A DNA stretch of 64,000 nt, from assembly GCA_963713895.1 (NCBI GenBank), contig OY970210.1:1544310-1608309 (forward strand), read 5' to 3'. Shown here one piece after another: positions 27,089 to 35,990 of this stretch (its first letter is position 1; the number at the start of each line of letters is the position of its first letter). The notes under the pieces are model-generated. The model did not search any database. It was not told the DNA's origin and saw only the letters and a program-made list of their open reading frames with translations. This stretch comes from an uncultured Solirubrobacterales bacterium (GTDB taxonomy: Bacteria > Actinomycetota > Thermoleophilia > Solirubrobacterales > Solirubrobacteraceae). The position numbers and the translations under genes are program-made.

Positions 27089-28518
27089 GATCGGATCAGC
27101 TCCAGCACCTCGTCGCGGCGGCGTTCCATGTCCTCGAGCGAGATCAGCGACTCCAGGCACAGGCGCAGTAGCGGCTCCGTGTTCGAGGGACGGACGTTGA
27201 AGTGCCAGTCCTCGTAGTCGATCGAGATGCCGTCGAGCCGGCTCTGGCGCGCGTCCGCGTGGCGCTCGGCCAGCTCGGCCATCTTGGCCTGCTGATCGGA
27301 GACCTCGGAGTTGATCTCGCCGGAGATGAAGTAGCGCTCGCGATACGGTCGCAGCAGCTGCGACAGCGACGTTCCCGCGCGCGAGATCAGCTCCAGCATG
27401 AGCAGCGCCGGGAGCGTGCCGGAGTCCGCGCAGAAGAACTCCCTGAAGTAGTAATGGCCCGAGACCTCGCCTCCGAACAGCGAGCCCTCGGCGCGCATGC
27501 GCGTCTTGAAGAAGGCGTGGCCGACGCGATTGATGTATGGCACGCCGCCCGCGGCGCGCACCGTGTCGGGCACCGCGCGTGAGGCACGCACGTCGTACAG
27601 GACCGCTTCGCCAGGCGTGTTTGCCTTCTCGAGCAGCGACCGCGCAAGCAGGGCCGTGAGAAAATCGCCGTCCACGAACGCGCCCTGCTCGTCGATCAAG
27701 AAGCAACGGTCGGCGTCGCCGTCCCAGGCGATCCCCAGATCGGCGCGGCTGTCGCGCACGCGCGCGACGATCGCCTCGCGGTTCTCCGCGAGCAGCGGGT
27801 TGGGCTCGTGGGCGGGAAAGGACCCGTCGGGCTGCCAGTAGGTCTCGATCAGCTCCAGGCCCAGCCCCTCGAGCAGCGGGCCCACCATCGGTCCCGCCAT
27901 CCCGTTGCCGCCATCCAGCACGACCTTCAACGGAGCCTCGCGCCCGGGATGCGCGCGCACGACCTGCGGGTCGATGAAGCGCAGCACGAACTGCTGGAAC
28001 CCGGGGTAGAGATCCAGCTCCTCGATCTCGCCTGGTCTTGCCTCGGTCTCGTGCGCCTGGGACGGCTCGGGCTCGGCCCCGGGGCCGAGCCCGGAGTCGA
28101 TCGCGCGGCGGATGTCCTGGATGCCTTCATCGCCGGACAGGGCCAGTGCGCCTGCACGCACCAGCTTGGCGCCCGTGTACGGCTTGGGGTTGTGCGAGGC
28201 GGTGCACATCAGCCCCCCGTCGAGCTCGCGCGAGCCGACCAGGTAATAGAGCATCTCGGTGCCGACCTCGCCGGCGTCGATCACGTGCGCGCCCTCGGCG
28301 AGCATGCCGGCGCGATAGCGTGCCGCCAGCTCGGGCGCGGTCAGCCGCATGTCGCGGCCCAGACCGAGGCGAAGCTGCGCCGGCGGCTTGCTCGCGAGCC
28401 TGGCGAGCACCAGCACGAACGCGCGCCCGATCTGCTCGGCGGCGTCGCCGTCGATCTGCGACCCGTACAGGCCGCGGATGTCATATGCCTTGAAGATCGC
28501 GGGGTCGAGCGCCGCCAT
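27085..28518 (-). CDS. Phosphomannomutase/phosphoglucomutase
   Basis: FKAYDIRG, TASHNP, WDGDADR, GEVSGH, RPSNTEPLLR. Confidence 0.96.
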   Translation of the reverse strand: MAALDPAIFKAYDIRGLYGSQIDGDAAEQIGRAFVLVLARLASKPPAQLRLGLGRDMRLTAPELAARYRAGMLAEGAHVIDAGEVGTEMLYYLVGSRELDGGLMCTASHNPKPYTGAKLVRAGALALSGDEGIQDIRRAIDSGLGPGAEPEPSQAHETEARPGEIEELDLYPGFQQFVLRFIDPQVVRAHPGREAPLKVVLDGGNGMAGPMVGPLLEGLGLELIETYWQPDGSFPAHEPNPLLAENREAIVARVRDSRADLGIAWDGDADRCFLIDEQGAFVDGDFLTALLARSLLEKANTPGEAVLYDVRASRAVPDTVRAAGGVPYINRVGHAFFKTRMRAEGSLFGGEVSGHYYFREFFCADSGTLPALLMLELISRAGTSLSQLLRPYRERYFISGEINSEVSDQQAKMAELAERHADARQSRLDGISIDYEDWHFNVRPSNTEPLLRLCLESLISLEDMERRRDEVLELIRS

Positions 28519-28546
28519 GCCGCGGCGCATCCTAGACTCCATACCC

Positions 28547-29296
28547 ATGTCCGGGCATTCCAAGTGGGCGAGCATCAAGCACAAGAAGGCGGTCGTGGAC
28601 TCTCGCAGAGGCCAGCAGTTCACGAAGCTGGCGCGTGCGATCACGGTCGCCGCGCGCGACGGCGGCGGCGACCCCGACGCAAACGCGACCCTCGAGAACG
28701 CGATCCGCAAGGCCAAGGAAGCGTCGATGCCGAAGGACAACATCGAACGGGCGGTCGCGCGCGGCACGGGCGAGGGCGGTGACGGCGAGGCGCTCGAGTC
28801 CGTCCTCTACGAGGGCTACGGACCGGGCGGCGTGGCGGTGCTGGTCGAGGCGGTCACCGACAATCGCAATCGCACCGGCGCCGACGTCAGGCACCTCTTC
28901 TCCAAGCACGGCGGCAATCTCGGCGAGCCGGGATCGGTGGCGTACCTGTTCGAGAAGAAGGGCACGATCGCGATCGACGCCGACAAGCACGACGAAGACG
29001 AGCTGATGGTGGCCGTCGAGGCGGGCGCCGAGGACATCACCGCCGACGAGGGCCTGTGGGAGGTCGTGGCTGCGCCTGCGGACTTCGCCAAGGTCCGCGC
29101 TGCGCTCGAGAGCGCGGGCGTGGAGATCGAGAGCGCCGAGATGGGCTACCGCCCGACGAGCCTCGTGCCGATCGACGAGAGCCAGGCGGCGAAGCTGATG
29201 AGGCTGCTGGAGGTGCTCGAGGACAACGACGACGTCGGCGAGGTGCACGCGAACTTCGACGCGCCGGCCGAGGTGCTCGAGCGGGTTGCCGGATAG
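28547..29296 (+). CDS. yebC: YebC/PmpR family protein
   Basis: MSGHSKWASIKHKK, YEGYGPGG, TDNRNRT. Confidence 0.97.
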   Translation: MSGHSKWASIKHKKAVVDSRRGQQFTKLARAITVAARDGGGDPDANATLENAIRKAKEASMPKDNIERAVARGTGEGGDGEALESVLYEGYGPGGVAVLVEAVTDNRNRTGADVRHLFSKHGGNLGEPGSVAYLFEKKGTIAIDADKHDEDELMVAVEAGAEDITADEGLWEVVAAPADFAKVRAALESAGVEIESAEMGYRPTSLVPIDESQAAKLMRLLEVLEDNDDVGEVHANFDAPAEVLERVAG

Positions 29297-29349
29297 CCGC
29301 GCCGCGCGTGCCGGGCAGGCGTCCGGTCCCCCGCGCAGAATCACTGAGC

Positions 29350-29850
29350 ATGATCGTGCTCGGCATCGATCCGGGACTGGCCAATACGGGCTACGGCGTC
29401 GTGGAGCGGCGCGCCGGCAGCCTCGTGGCGCTCGACGGCGGCACGATCGAGACGCGGTCGGGGGTGCCGGTCGAGCGCCGGCTGGCGGACATACACGCGG
29501 CCGTCGACGGCCTGCTGGGCGCGCATGAGCCCGATGGGATGGCGCTCGAGGAGCTGTACTTCGGCGAGAACGTGAAAACCGCATTCGCCGTCGGCCAGGC
29601 CAGGGGCGTGGCGATGCTGGCCGCCGGCGGCAGGGGCGTCCCCTGCCAGAGCTACACCCCACAGCAGGTCAAGGCCGCGGTTTGCGGCAGCGGGCGCGCG
29701 CGCAAGGAGCAGGTGGCGCGCATGGTGCAGGCGCTGCTCGCGCTGCCCGAGCCGCCGCGAAGCGATCACGCCGCCGACGCGCTGGCGGTGGCGATCTGCC
29801 ACGTCAACCGCGCGCCCTTGGCGCGCGCACTGGCCCGGGCGCAGGGATGA
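29350..29850 (+). CDS. ruvC: Holliday junction resolvase
   Basis: VLGIDPG, ALEELY, VGQARG, YTPQQVK, DHAADALA. Confidence 0.97.
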   Translation: MIVLGIDPGLANTGYGVVERRAGSLVALDGGTIETRSGVPVERRLADIHAAVDGLLGAHEPDGMALEELYFGENVKTAFAVGQARGVAMLAAGGRGVPCQSYTPQQVKAAVCGSGRARKEQVARMVQALLALPEPPRSDHAADALAVAICHVNRAPLARALARAQG

Positions 29851-29896
29851 CCGCCGGCGAGCAGCCTCAGGCTCGCGCGATGGCGAGGGCTTGCAG

Positions 29897-30502
29897 ATGA
29901 TCGGCTTGCTGCGGGGCGAGGTGGCCGTCAGGCGCCAAGACCACGTCGTGATCCTTTGCGGCGGCGTCGGATACCGGGCGGGCGTGTCGGCCCAGACGAT
30001 GCGCCATGTCCCCGCGGTGGGATCGGAGACGACGCTTCACACCCACCTGATCGTGCGCGACGACTCGCTCGCGCTGTACGGCTTTCACTCCGAGCAGGAG
30101 AAGGAGCTGTTCTTGATGCTCCTGTCGGTCCAGGCGGTCGGCCCCAAGGTTGCGCTGGCGGTGCTGTCGGGTGGGTCCGCACGCGAGCTGCTCGGCGCGA
30201 TCGCGGCGGGGGACGCGGCGCGCTTTCAGGCTGCGCCGGGAATCGGCAAGCGCACGGCACAGCGGATCATCGTCGAGCTGCGCGAGAAGGTGCTGGGCGC
30301 CGCCACGGGGGCTGACGTCGAGGAGATTCTCGCCGCGCGCACAGGGCCCGGCTCGCCCGGCGGGGCGCGGACGCTCGCGCGCGATGGCCTGCTGGAGCTC
30401 GGCTACAGCGCCGCGGAGGTCGAGCAGCTGCTCGGAGAGGCACGGGGCGACAGCGCCGAGGAGCTGATCGCCGAGGCGCTGCGCAGCGCGCGGGCGGGAT
30501 GA
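29897..30502 (+). CDS. ruvA: Holliday junction branch migration protein
   Basis: GGVGY, LYGF, VGPKVAL, PGIGKRTAQRI, LLELGY. Confidence 0.96.
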   Translation: MIGLLRGEVAVRRQDHVVILCGGVGYRAGVSAQTMRHVPAVGSETTLHTHLIVRDDSLALYGFHSEQEKELFLMLLSVQAVGPKVALAVLSGGSARELLGAIAAGDAARFQAAPGIGKRTAQRIIVELREKVLGAATGADVEEILAARTGPGSPGGARTLARDGLLELGYSAAEVEQLLGEARGDSAEELIAEALRSARAG

Positions 30503-30520
30503 GCGGGCCAATGACCAACG

Positions 30521-30608
30521 CAGCGTCTCGGCATATGGGCATTGGAGCGTCTTGGTATATGGGCACCGCGGCGCGTCGCCATACGGACACTGGAGCGTGT
30601 TGGCATGT
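30521..30608. repeat. 24-bp tandem repeat, about 3.6 copies, between ruvA and ruvB
   Basis: Units start at 30521, 30545, 30569 and 30593, e.g. CAGCGTCTCGGCATATGGGCATTG / GAGCGTCTTGGTATATGGGCACCG. Confidence 0.75.
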
Positions 30609-31642
30609 CTGACGTGGTCGAGCGGATCCAGACGCCCTATCTCGTGCCCGAGGATGAGCTCGACCGCTCGTTGCGGCCGCGACGCCTGGCGGACTTCGTG
30701 GGTCAGCAGACCCTGCGTGAGCAGCTCGCGGTCGCGATCGAGGCGGCGGGCGCGCGCGGCGAGGCCCTCGATCATGTGCTGCTGGCGGGACCGCCCGGGC
30801 TGGGCAAGACCTCGCTGGCGCAGATCCTCGCGGCCGAGCTGCAGGTGCCGTTCGTGCAGACCGCGGGCCCGGCGCTCGAGCGCAAGGGCGACATCGCCGC
30901 GTTCTTGACCGCGCTCGAGCCGCGCAGCGTGTTCTTCGTGGACGAGATCCACCGCCTGCCGAGGACGCTCGAGGAGACCTTCTATCCGGCCATGGAGGAC
31001 CGTAGGCTGCCGATCACCGTCGGCCAGGGCGCAGGCGCGCGCGTGGTCACGCTCGAGCTGCCCCAGTTCACGCTGATCGGAGCGACGACGCGCACCGGCC
31101 TGCTCACGACGCCGCTGCGCGACCGTTTCGGGATACAGGCCCGGCTCGAGCCCTATGCGGCCGAGGAGCTCGCGGCGATCGTCAGGCGCTCGGCGGGAAT
31201 CCTCGAGATCGAGCTGGAGGATGACGGCGCGCTCGCGATCGCCGGTCGCAGCCGCGGCACGCCGCGCGTCGCCAACAGGCTGCTCAAGCGCGTACGCGAC
31301 TTCGCCGAGGTACGCATGCAGGGGGTCGTGACCGCCGCCGCCGCGCAGGCGGCGCTCGAGCTGCTCGAGGTCGACGAGCTGGGGCTCGACCGGCTCGACC
31401 GCGAGATCCTGCGGGCGATCTGCGTGAAGTTCGCGGGCGGGCCGGTCGGCCTGTCGACGCTGGCCGTGGCGGTAGGGGAGGAGCAGGACACGATCGAGGA
31501 CGTGTACGAGCCCTATCTGCTGATGCAGGGTCTGATCAAGCGCACCCCCCGCGGGCGCGCGGCCACGGCGGCGGCGTTCACGCACCTCGGGATGGAGCCG
31601 CCCGCCGGCGTGGCGGGCAGCGCCGAGCAGGCTCTGTTCTAG
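30605..31642 (+). CDS. ruvB: Holliday junction DNA helicase
   Basis: LRPRRLADFVGQ, GPPGLGKT, DEIHR, GATTR, RGTPR, EDVYEPYL. Confidence 0.98.
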   Translation: MSDVVERIQTPYLVPEDELDRSLRPRRLADFVGQQTLREQLAVAIEAAGARGEALDHVLLAGPPGLGKTSLAQILAAELQVPFVQTAGPALERKGDIAAFLTALEPRSVFFVDEIHRLPRTLEETFYPAMEDRRLPITVGQGAGARVVTLELPQFTLIGATTRTGLLTTPLRDRFGIQARLEPYAAEELAAIVRRSAGILEIELEDDGALAIAGRSRGTPRVANRLLKRVRDFAEVRMQGVVTAAAAQAALELLEVDELGLDRLDREILRAICVKFAGGPVGLSTLAVAVGEEQDTIEDVYEPYLLMQGLIKRTPRGRAATAAAFTHLGMEPPAGVAGSAEQALF

Positions 31643-31684
31643 CCGCCTGAGCTTCGATTAAGGCGGCTTCCCTAGTCTGTGAGC

Positions 31685-32134
31685 ATGTCTCATCCGTTCA
31701 TCTGCCCCAACTGCGGGCATCGGACGAGCGAGGTCGACCGCAATATCGGCTTCACACGCCAGCCCAAGGGCTGCGAGAAGTGTGGGTTCGCGTTCCTGTT
31801 CGAGCTGCTCGACGACTACTACCCCGCTCCCGACGCCGCTTTCTTCGTCTGCGACAGCGAGGCTCGTATCATCGGCTGCGGGCGCAACTCCTTTGCGTTC
31901 ACGGGTCTGGAGGAGGAAGAGGTGATCGGTCAACGCGTCGAGCAGGTTTTGGGGCTGAGCTTCGCCAACGGCGACGACCCCGTGAAGACCGTGCTCGAGT
32001 GGGGCGTACGCGCGCTCGAGGTACCGGTCGAGGTGGCCGGCGAGCGCGACGTCGCGGCCAGCGCCAAGGCCGACATGTTCCCGGCCTATGACGACGACGG
32101 CGGGCTGTTGCTCGTGCTGACCCCGGAGAAGTAG
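31685..32134 (+). CDS. Zn-ribbon + PAS-like stand-alone protein
   Basis: CPNC..CEKC followed by a PAS-like fold (FFVCD..IIG..FTG..EVIG). Confidence 0.75.
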   Translation: MSHPFICPNCGHRTSEVDRNIGFTRQPKGCEKCGFAFLFELLDDYYPAPDAAFFVCDSEARIIGCGRNSFAFTGLEEEEVIGQRVEQVLGLSFANGDDPVKTVLEWGVRALEVPVEVAGERDVAASAKADMFPAYDDDGGLLLVLTPEK

Positions 32135-32176
32135 TCTCCGTAGGACGATGACGCCCGTGACCACCGCTTGCGCACC

Positions 32177-35100
32177 ATGAGCGACCGCCGTCGCAACATC
32201 TTCACTCTGCTGCTCGTCCTCGGTCTCGTGATCGCGTCGCTGGCTGTGATCCTGCTGATGCCGACGAAGCTGGGGCTCGAACTCAAGGGCGGCGTGCAGC
32301 TGGTCTATCTGGCCAAGCCGACGGCACAGGCGAAAGTCGACAACGAATCGCTGACCCAGGCGATCACCATCATGGACAAGCGCGTCGATCAGATCGGCGT
32401 GACCCAGCCCGAAATCCAGCGCAGCGGTGGGCAGGAAATCGACGTGGCGCTGCCCGATGTGAGCAACGCGGCACGCGCCGAAGCCGAGGTCGGCAAGACC
32501 GCCCAGCTGTACTTCTACGACTGGGAGCCGAACGTGATCGGCCCCAACGGCAAGCCGGCGGGGGCGAGTGAACCGACCGCGACCGGCGGACCCAACGCCG
32601 CTTCCTCGTCCTACGGGCTGCCCGAGTACGAGGCGGTCCTGCGGGCTGCCAAACGGCCGCCGATCATCCGCAAGACCGACACCACGCTGGCGCCGGGCTG
32701 CACGGCCAAGCAGGAAGGCGGGTGCGTGTACGGCAGCTGGTATCTGCTCGACACCAAGCACGAAAAGGTCCTGCGCGGGCCCGAGGAAACCGAGGCGAAC
32801 CTGTACGCCGACGGCTACAAACCGCCGGTCGGGTCAAAGACGAAGGTCGTGCACGTGAATCCCGGCACCGTGCTGGTGCAGTCGCGGCCGGTCGAAACGG
32901 CCAGCGGCAAGGTCACCCAGCAGAGCCCGAACAGCTGGTACGTGCTCAACGACGAACCGGTGCTCGAAGGCAAGGACATCACGAATCCCGTCCAGGGATT
33001 CGACGAAAACGGCGACGGCCAGCCCAACGTCAGCTTCGGCTTCACCTCGTACGGCAAGGGCGTGTTCGAACGCGTCACCAAGGAAATCGCCCACCGCGGA
33101 CAGGAAGCGCAGCTGCCGGGGGTGCGCAAGGAATCTGCCGAGCAGCACTTCGCCGTGGTGCTGGACGAACAGGTGATCACGGCGCCGTCGATCGACTACA
33201 CGCAATATCCGGAAGGGATCGACTCGACGACCGGCTCGCAGATCTCGGGCGGGTTCACGATCACCTCGGCGCAGAATCTCGCGAACGAGCTGCAGTCGGG
33301 CGCGCTGCCGATCAAGCTGGAACTGATCTCCAACTCGCAGGTCTCGGCGACGCTCGGCAAAACGGCGCTCAAACAGGGTCTGCTCGCGATGCTTGCCGGC
33401 TTCCTGGTGGTGTGCATTTTCCTGCTCACCTTCTACCGCGTGCTCGGCGCGATCGCCGTCGGCGGGCTGGTGATCTGCGGGATCTATCTGTTCGCGCTGG
33501 TCAAGCTGATCCCGGTCACGCTGACGCTGCCGGGGATCGCCGGCGTGGTCCTGACGATTGGCGTGGCGGCGGACGCGAACATCGTGATCTACGAGCGCGT
33601 CAAGGAGGAGATCAGAGGCGGCAGATCGATCGTATCCGGGATCGCGACCGGGTATTCGCGCGGATTCGCGGCGATCGTGGACGCGAACGTGGTCACGTTC
33701 ATGACCGCGTTCATCCTGTTCGCGCTCGCCACCGCGGAAGTCAAGGGCTTCGCGTTCATGCTCGGGATCGGCGTGCTCGTGTCGCTGTTCACGGCGGTGC
33801 TCGCGACCAGGGCGGCGCTCGGCTTGATGGGGCGCTCGCGGCTCGTCAGCCATCCGAGTGCGCTCGGCGCATCCAAGCCCAAGCGCCAGTGGACGATGGA
33901 CTTCATGGGCCGCTCGAAGTGGTTCTTCTCGCTGTCGGGCACGATCCTGTTGATCGGCGCGCTGGCGATCGGCGGCAAGGGGATCAACTTCGGTATCGAC
34001 TTCAAGTCCGGGACACGCATCCAGACCGCGTTCACGAGACCCGTCTCGCAGGCCGAAGTGAGCTCGGCGCTCACCGCGAAGGGCTATCCGAACGCGCAGG
34101 TGCAGAAGTATTCGAGCAAGGGCGTCGGCGGCAGCGGCTATCAGATCTCGACGAAGAAACTCCAGCCCGCGGAGGTCAGCAAGGTCAAGGCCGCGCTCGA
34201 TGAAAAGTTCGGCAACGGACCCCTGCACCCGGGGACCAAGAACTTCTCGAGCACCTCGATCGGCCCGACCTTCGGCAAGACGATCGCGGACGCCGCGATC
34301 ATCGCGATCATCGCCTCGCTGCTGGTGATCTCGATATATATCGCGCTGCGCTTCGAGTGGAAGTACGCCGTGCCGGTGCTGATCGCGCTGATGCACGACC
34401 TGCTGATCACGGCCGGGATCTACTCGCTGACCGGCCGCGAAGTGACCTCGGCCACCGTCGCCGCGCTGCTCACGATCCTCGGGTACTCGCTGTACGACAC
34501 GATTATCGTGTTCGACAGGGTGCGCGAGAACGTCCCGCGAATGCCCAGGGCCGCGTTCTCGCAGATCGTCAACCGGTCGATGTCCGAGGTGCTGACGCGG
34601 TCGCTGGCGACGAGCTTCTGCACGCTGCTGCCGGTGCTCGCGCTGTTCCTGTTCGGGGGCAGCACGCTCAAGGACTTCGCGTTCGCGTTGATGGTCGGGA
34701 TCGCCTCCGGGGCATATTCCTCGATCTTCATCGCCTCGCCGGTGTTGACCCACTGGAAGGAGCGCGAGCCCTCCTATCGCAACCGCCGCGCGCGCATCAT
34801 CCGCGAAGTGGGCGCCGTGCCGGCCTACGCGACGGCCGTCGGTGGCGCGCCGATCGATGTCGAGCCCGAGCGCAAGCCCAGGCGCACGCGCCGGGGCAGC
34901 CTGATCGCCCCGGAGGAGCCGGGCCAGCAGATCTCCAGAGACGAGTTCCAGGAACTGGTGCAGGACCTCGACGTCAACGGCGACGAGCAGCCCGCCAAGA
35001 GCGGCGGTGGCGCGGCCGTGACGAAGCGCCGTGCCAGCAGCCGCTCCGACGGCGACGGCACCGCGACCGTCGCGCCCGCCCCCGAGCGCGACCCCGCCGC

Positions 35101-35206
35101 CGACCTGACGCCGGAGGATCTGGTGCTCAAGGAGCCGGCGAAGCCGCGCGAAAAGCGCCGGCGGGCGGGCGGGCGTCGAAATAAACGGCACGGGAGGTCG
35201 CGCTGA
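32177..35206 (+). CDS. secDF: Fused protein translocase SecD-SecF
   Basis: LGLELKGG, SATLG, IGVAADANIVIYERVKEE, GIDFKSG, YSLYDTIIVFDRVRE. Confidence 0.97.
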   Translation: MSDRRRNIFTLLLVLGLVIASLAVILLMPTKLGLELKGGVQLVYLAKPTAQAKVDNESLTQAITIMDKRVDQIGVTQPEIQRSGGQEIDVALPDVSNAARAEAEVGKTAQLYFYDWEPNVIGPNGKPAGASEPTATGGPNAASSSYGLPEYEAVLRAAKRPPIIRKTDTTLAPGCTAKQEGGCVYGSWYLLDTKHEKVLRGPEETEANLYADGYKPPVGSKTKVVHVNPGTVLVQSRPVETASGKVTQQSPNSWYVLNDEPVLEGKDITNPVQGFDENGDGQPNVSFGFTSYGKGVFERVTKEIAHRGQEAQLPGVRKESAEQHFAVVLDEQVITAPSIDYTQYPEGIDSTTGSQISGGFTITSAQNLANELQSGALPIKLELISNSQVSATLGKTALKQGLLAMLAGFLVVCIFLLTFYRVLGAIAVGGLVICGIYLFALVKLIPVTLTLPGIAGVVLTIGVAADANIVIYERVKEEIRGGRSIVSGIATGYSRGFAAIVDANVVTFMTAFILFALATAEVKGFAFMLGIGVLVSLFTAVLATRAALGLMGRSRLVSHPSALGASKPKRQWTMDFMGRSKWFFSLSGTILLIGALAIGGKGINFGIDFKSGTRIQTAFTRPVSQAEVSSALTAKGYPNAQVQKYSSKGVGGSGYQISTKKLQPAEVSKVKAALDEKFGNGPLHPGTKNFSSTSIGPTFGKTIADAAIIAIIASLLVISIYIALRFEWKYAVPVLIALMHDLLITAGIYSLTGREVTSATVAALLTILGYSLYDTIIVFDRVRENVPRMPRAAFSQIVNRSMSEVLTRSLATSFCTLLPVLALFLFGGSTLKDFAFALMVGIASGAYSSIFIASPVLTHWKEREPSYRNRRARIIREVGAVPAYATAVGGAPIDVEPERKPRRTRRGSLIAPEEPGQQISRDEFQELVQDLDVNGDEQPAKSGGGAAVTKRRASSRSDGDGTATVAPAPERDPAADLTPEDLVLKEPAKPREKRRRAGGRRNKRHGRSR

Positions 35207-35433
35207 TGAAGCGGCGCGAGCCCGTCTCGGAGAGTCACGGGAGGTCGCGCTGATGAAGCGGCGCGAGCCCGTCTCGGAGAGTCACGGGAGGTCGCGCTGA
35301 TGAAGCGGCGCGAGCCCGTCTCGGAGAGTCGCGGGAGGTCGCGCTGATGAAGCGGCGCGAGCCCGTCTCGGAGAGTCGCGGGAGGTCGCGCTGATGAAGC
35401 GGCGCGAGGCCGTCTCGGAGAGTCGCGGGAGGT
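35189..35433 (+). repeat. 47-bp tandem repeat, 5 copies plus a partial copy
   Basis: Unit C(A/G)CGGGAGGTCGCGCTGATGAAGCGGCGCGAGCCCGTCTCGGAGAGT at 35189, 35236, 35283, 35330, 35377; partial at 35424; no spacers. Confidence 0.97.
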
Positions 35434-35604
35434 TGTGTTGAGAACCCACGCCAGAATATCTGCCGGGGTCGAGGCTGCCGTTCCGCGGCGCCATACGCCA
35501 CCCGCGATGCTCGACGTGCCACCAGCACGCCTGTGCTCGCGTGCGGCGTCTGCCATCCACGGCCCGACCCCCTCAACCCACCATCTATTCCGGCGAGGGT
35601 TCTG

Positions 35605-35895
35605 ATGGCGATGCTCGGGTGGGTCATGATGGGGCTCGCGATCTGGCATTTCACGATCTGGCTGCCCGACCGCTTCTGGGGCGGCATCGTCGGCGCGTTC
35701 GTCGGCGCGCTGCTCGGGGCGGTGATCTTCGGGGTGATCATCGCAAGCGCGAACCTCGGCGTCGCCGTGCCCGGCGAAAGGAAGACCGACATCGCGGTCA
35801 TTCTGTACGCCGTCCCCGGCGCGCTGATTGGGATCGGGCTCGTCTATCTCGAGGGCATGCGGCGCGAAGGCCGCGTCGCGCACGAGACGACCTGA
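35605..35895 (+). CDS. Small membrane protein (about 3 TM)
   Basis: MAMLGWVMMGLAIWHFTIWLPDRFWGGIVGA; hydrophobic throughout. Confidence 0.8.
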   Translation: MAMLGWVMMGLAIWHFTIWLPDRFWGGIVGAFVGALLGAVIFGVIIASANLGVAVPGERKTDIAVILYAVPGALIGIGLVYLEGMRREGRVAHETT

Positions 35896-35990
35896 GCCGG
35901 CCTGCGCCTGGGCGTCCAGGCGCGCACGAGGCTCGAGCCGTTCTCGGTGGTGGTCGCGATTCCGTCCACGGTCAACCCTAGGGTTGGCCG

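Noticed and set aside
35189-35433. CRISPR array
   Set aside because: Units are contiguous and near-identical with no unique spacers; no cas genes in the window
35235-35883. Minus-strand ORFs with repeated LRDGLAPLHQRDLP
   Set aside because: Just the 47-bp array read on the other strand; no start signals
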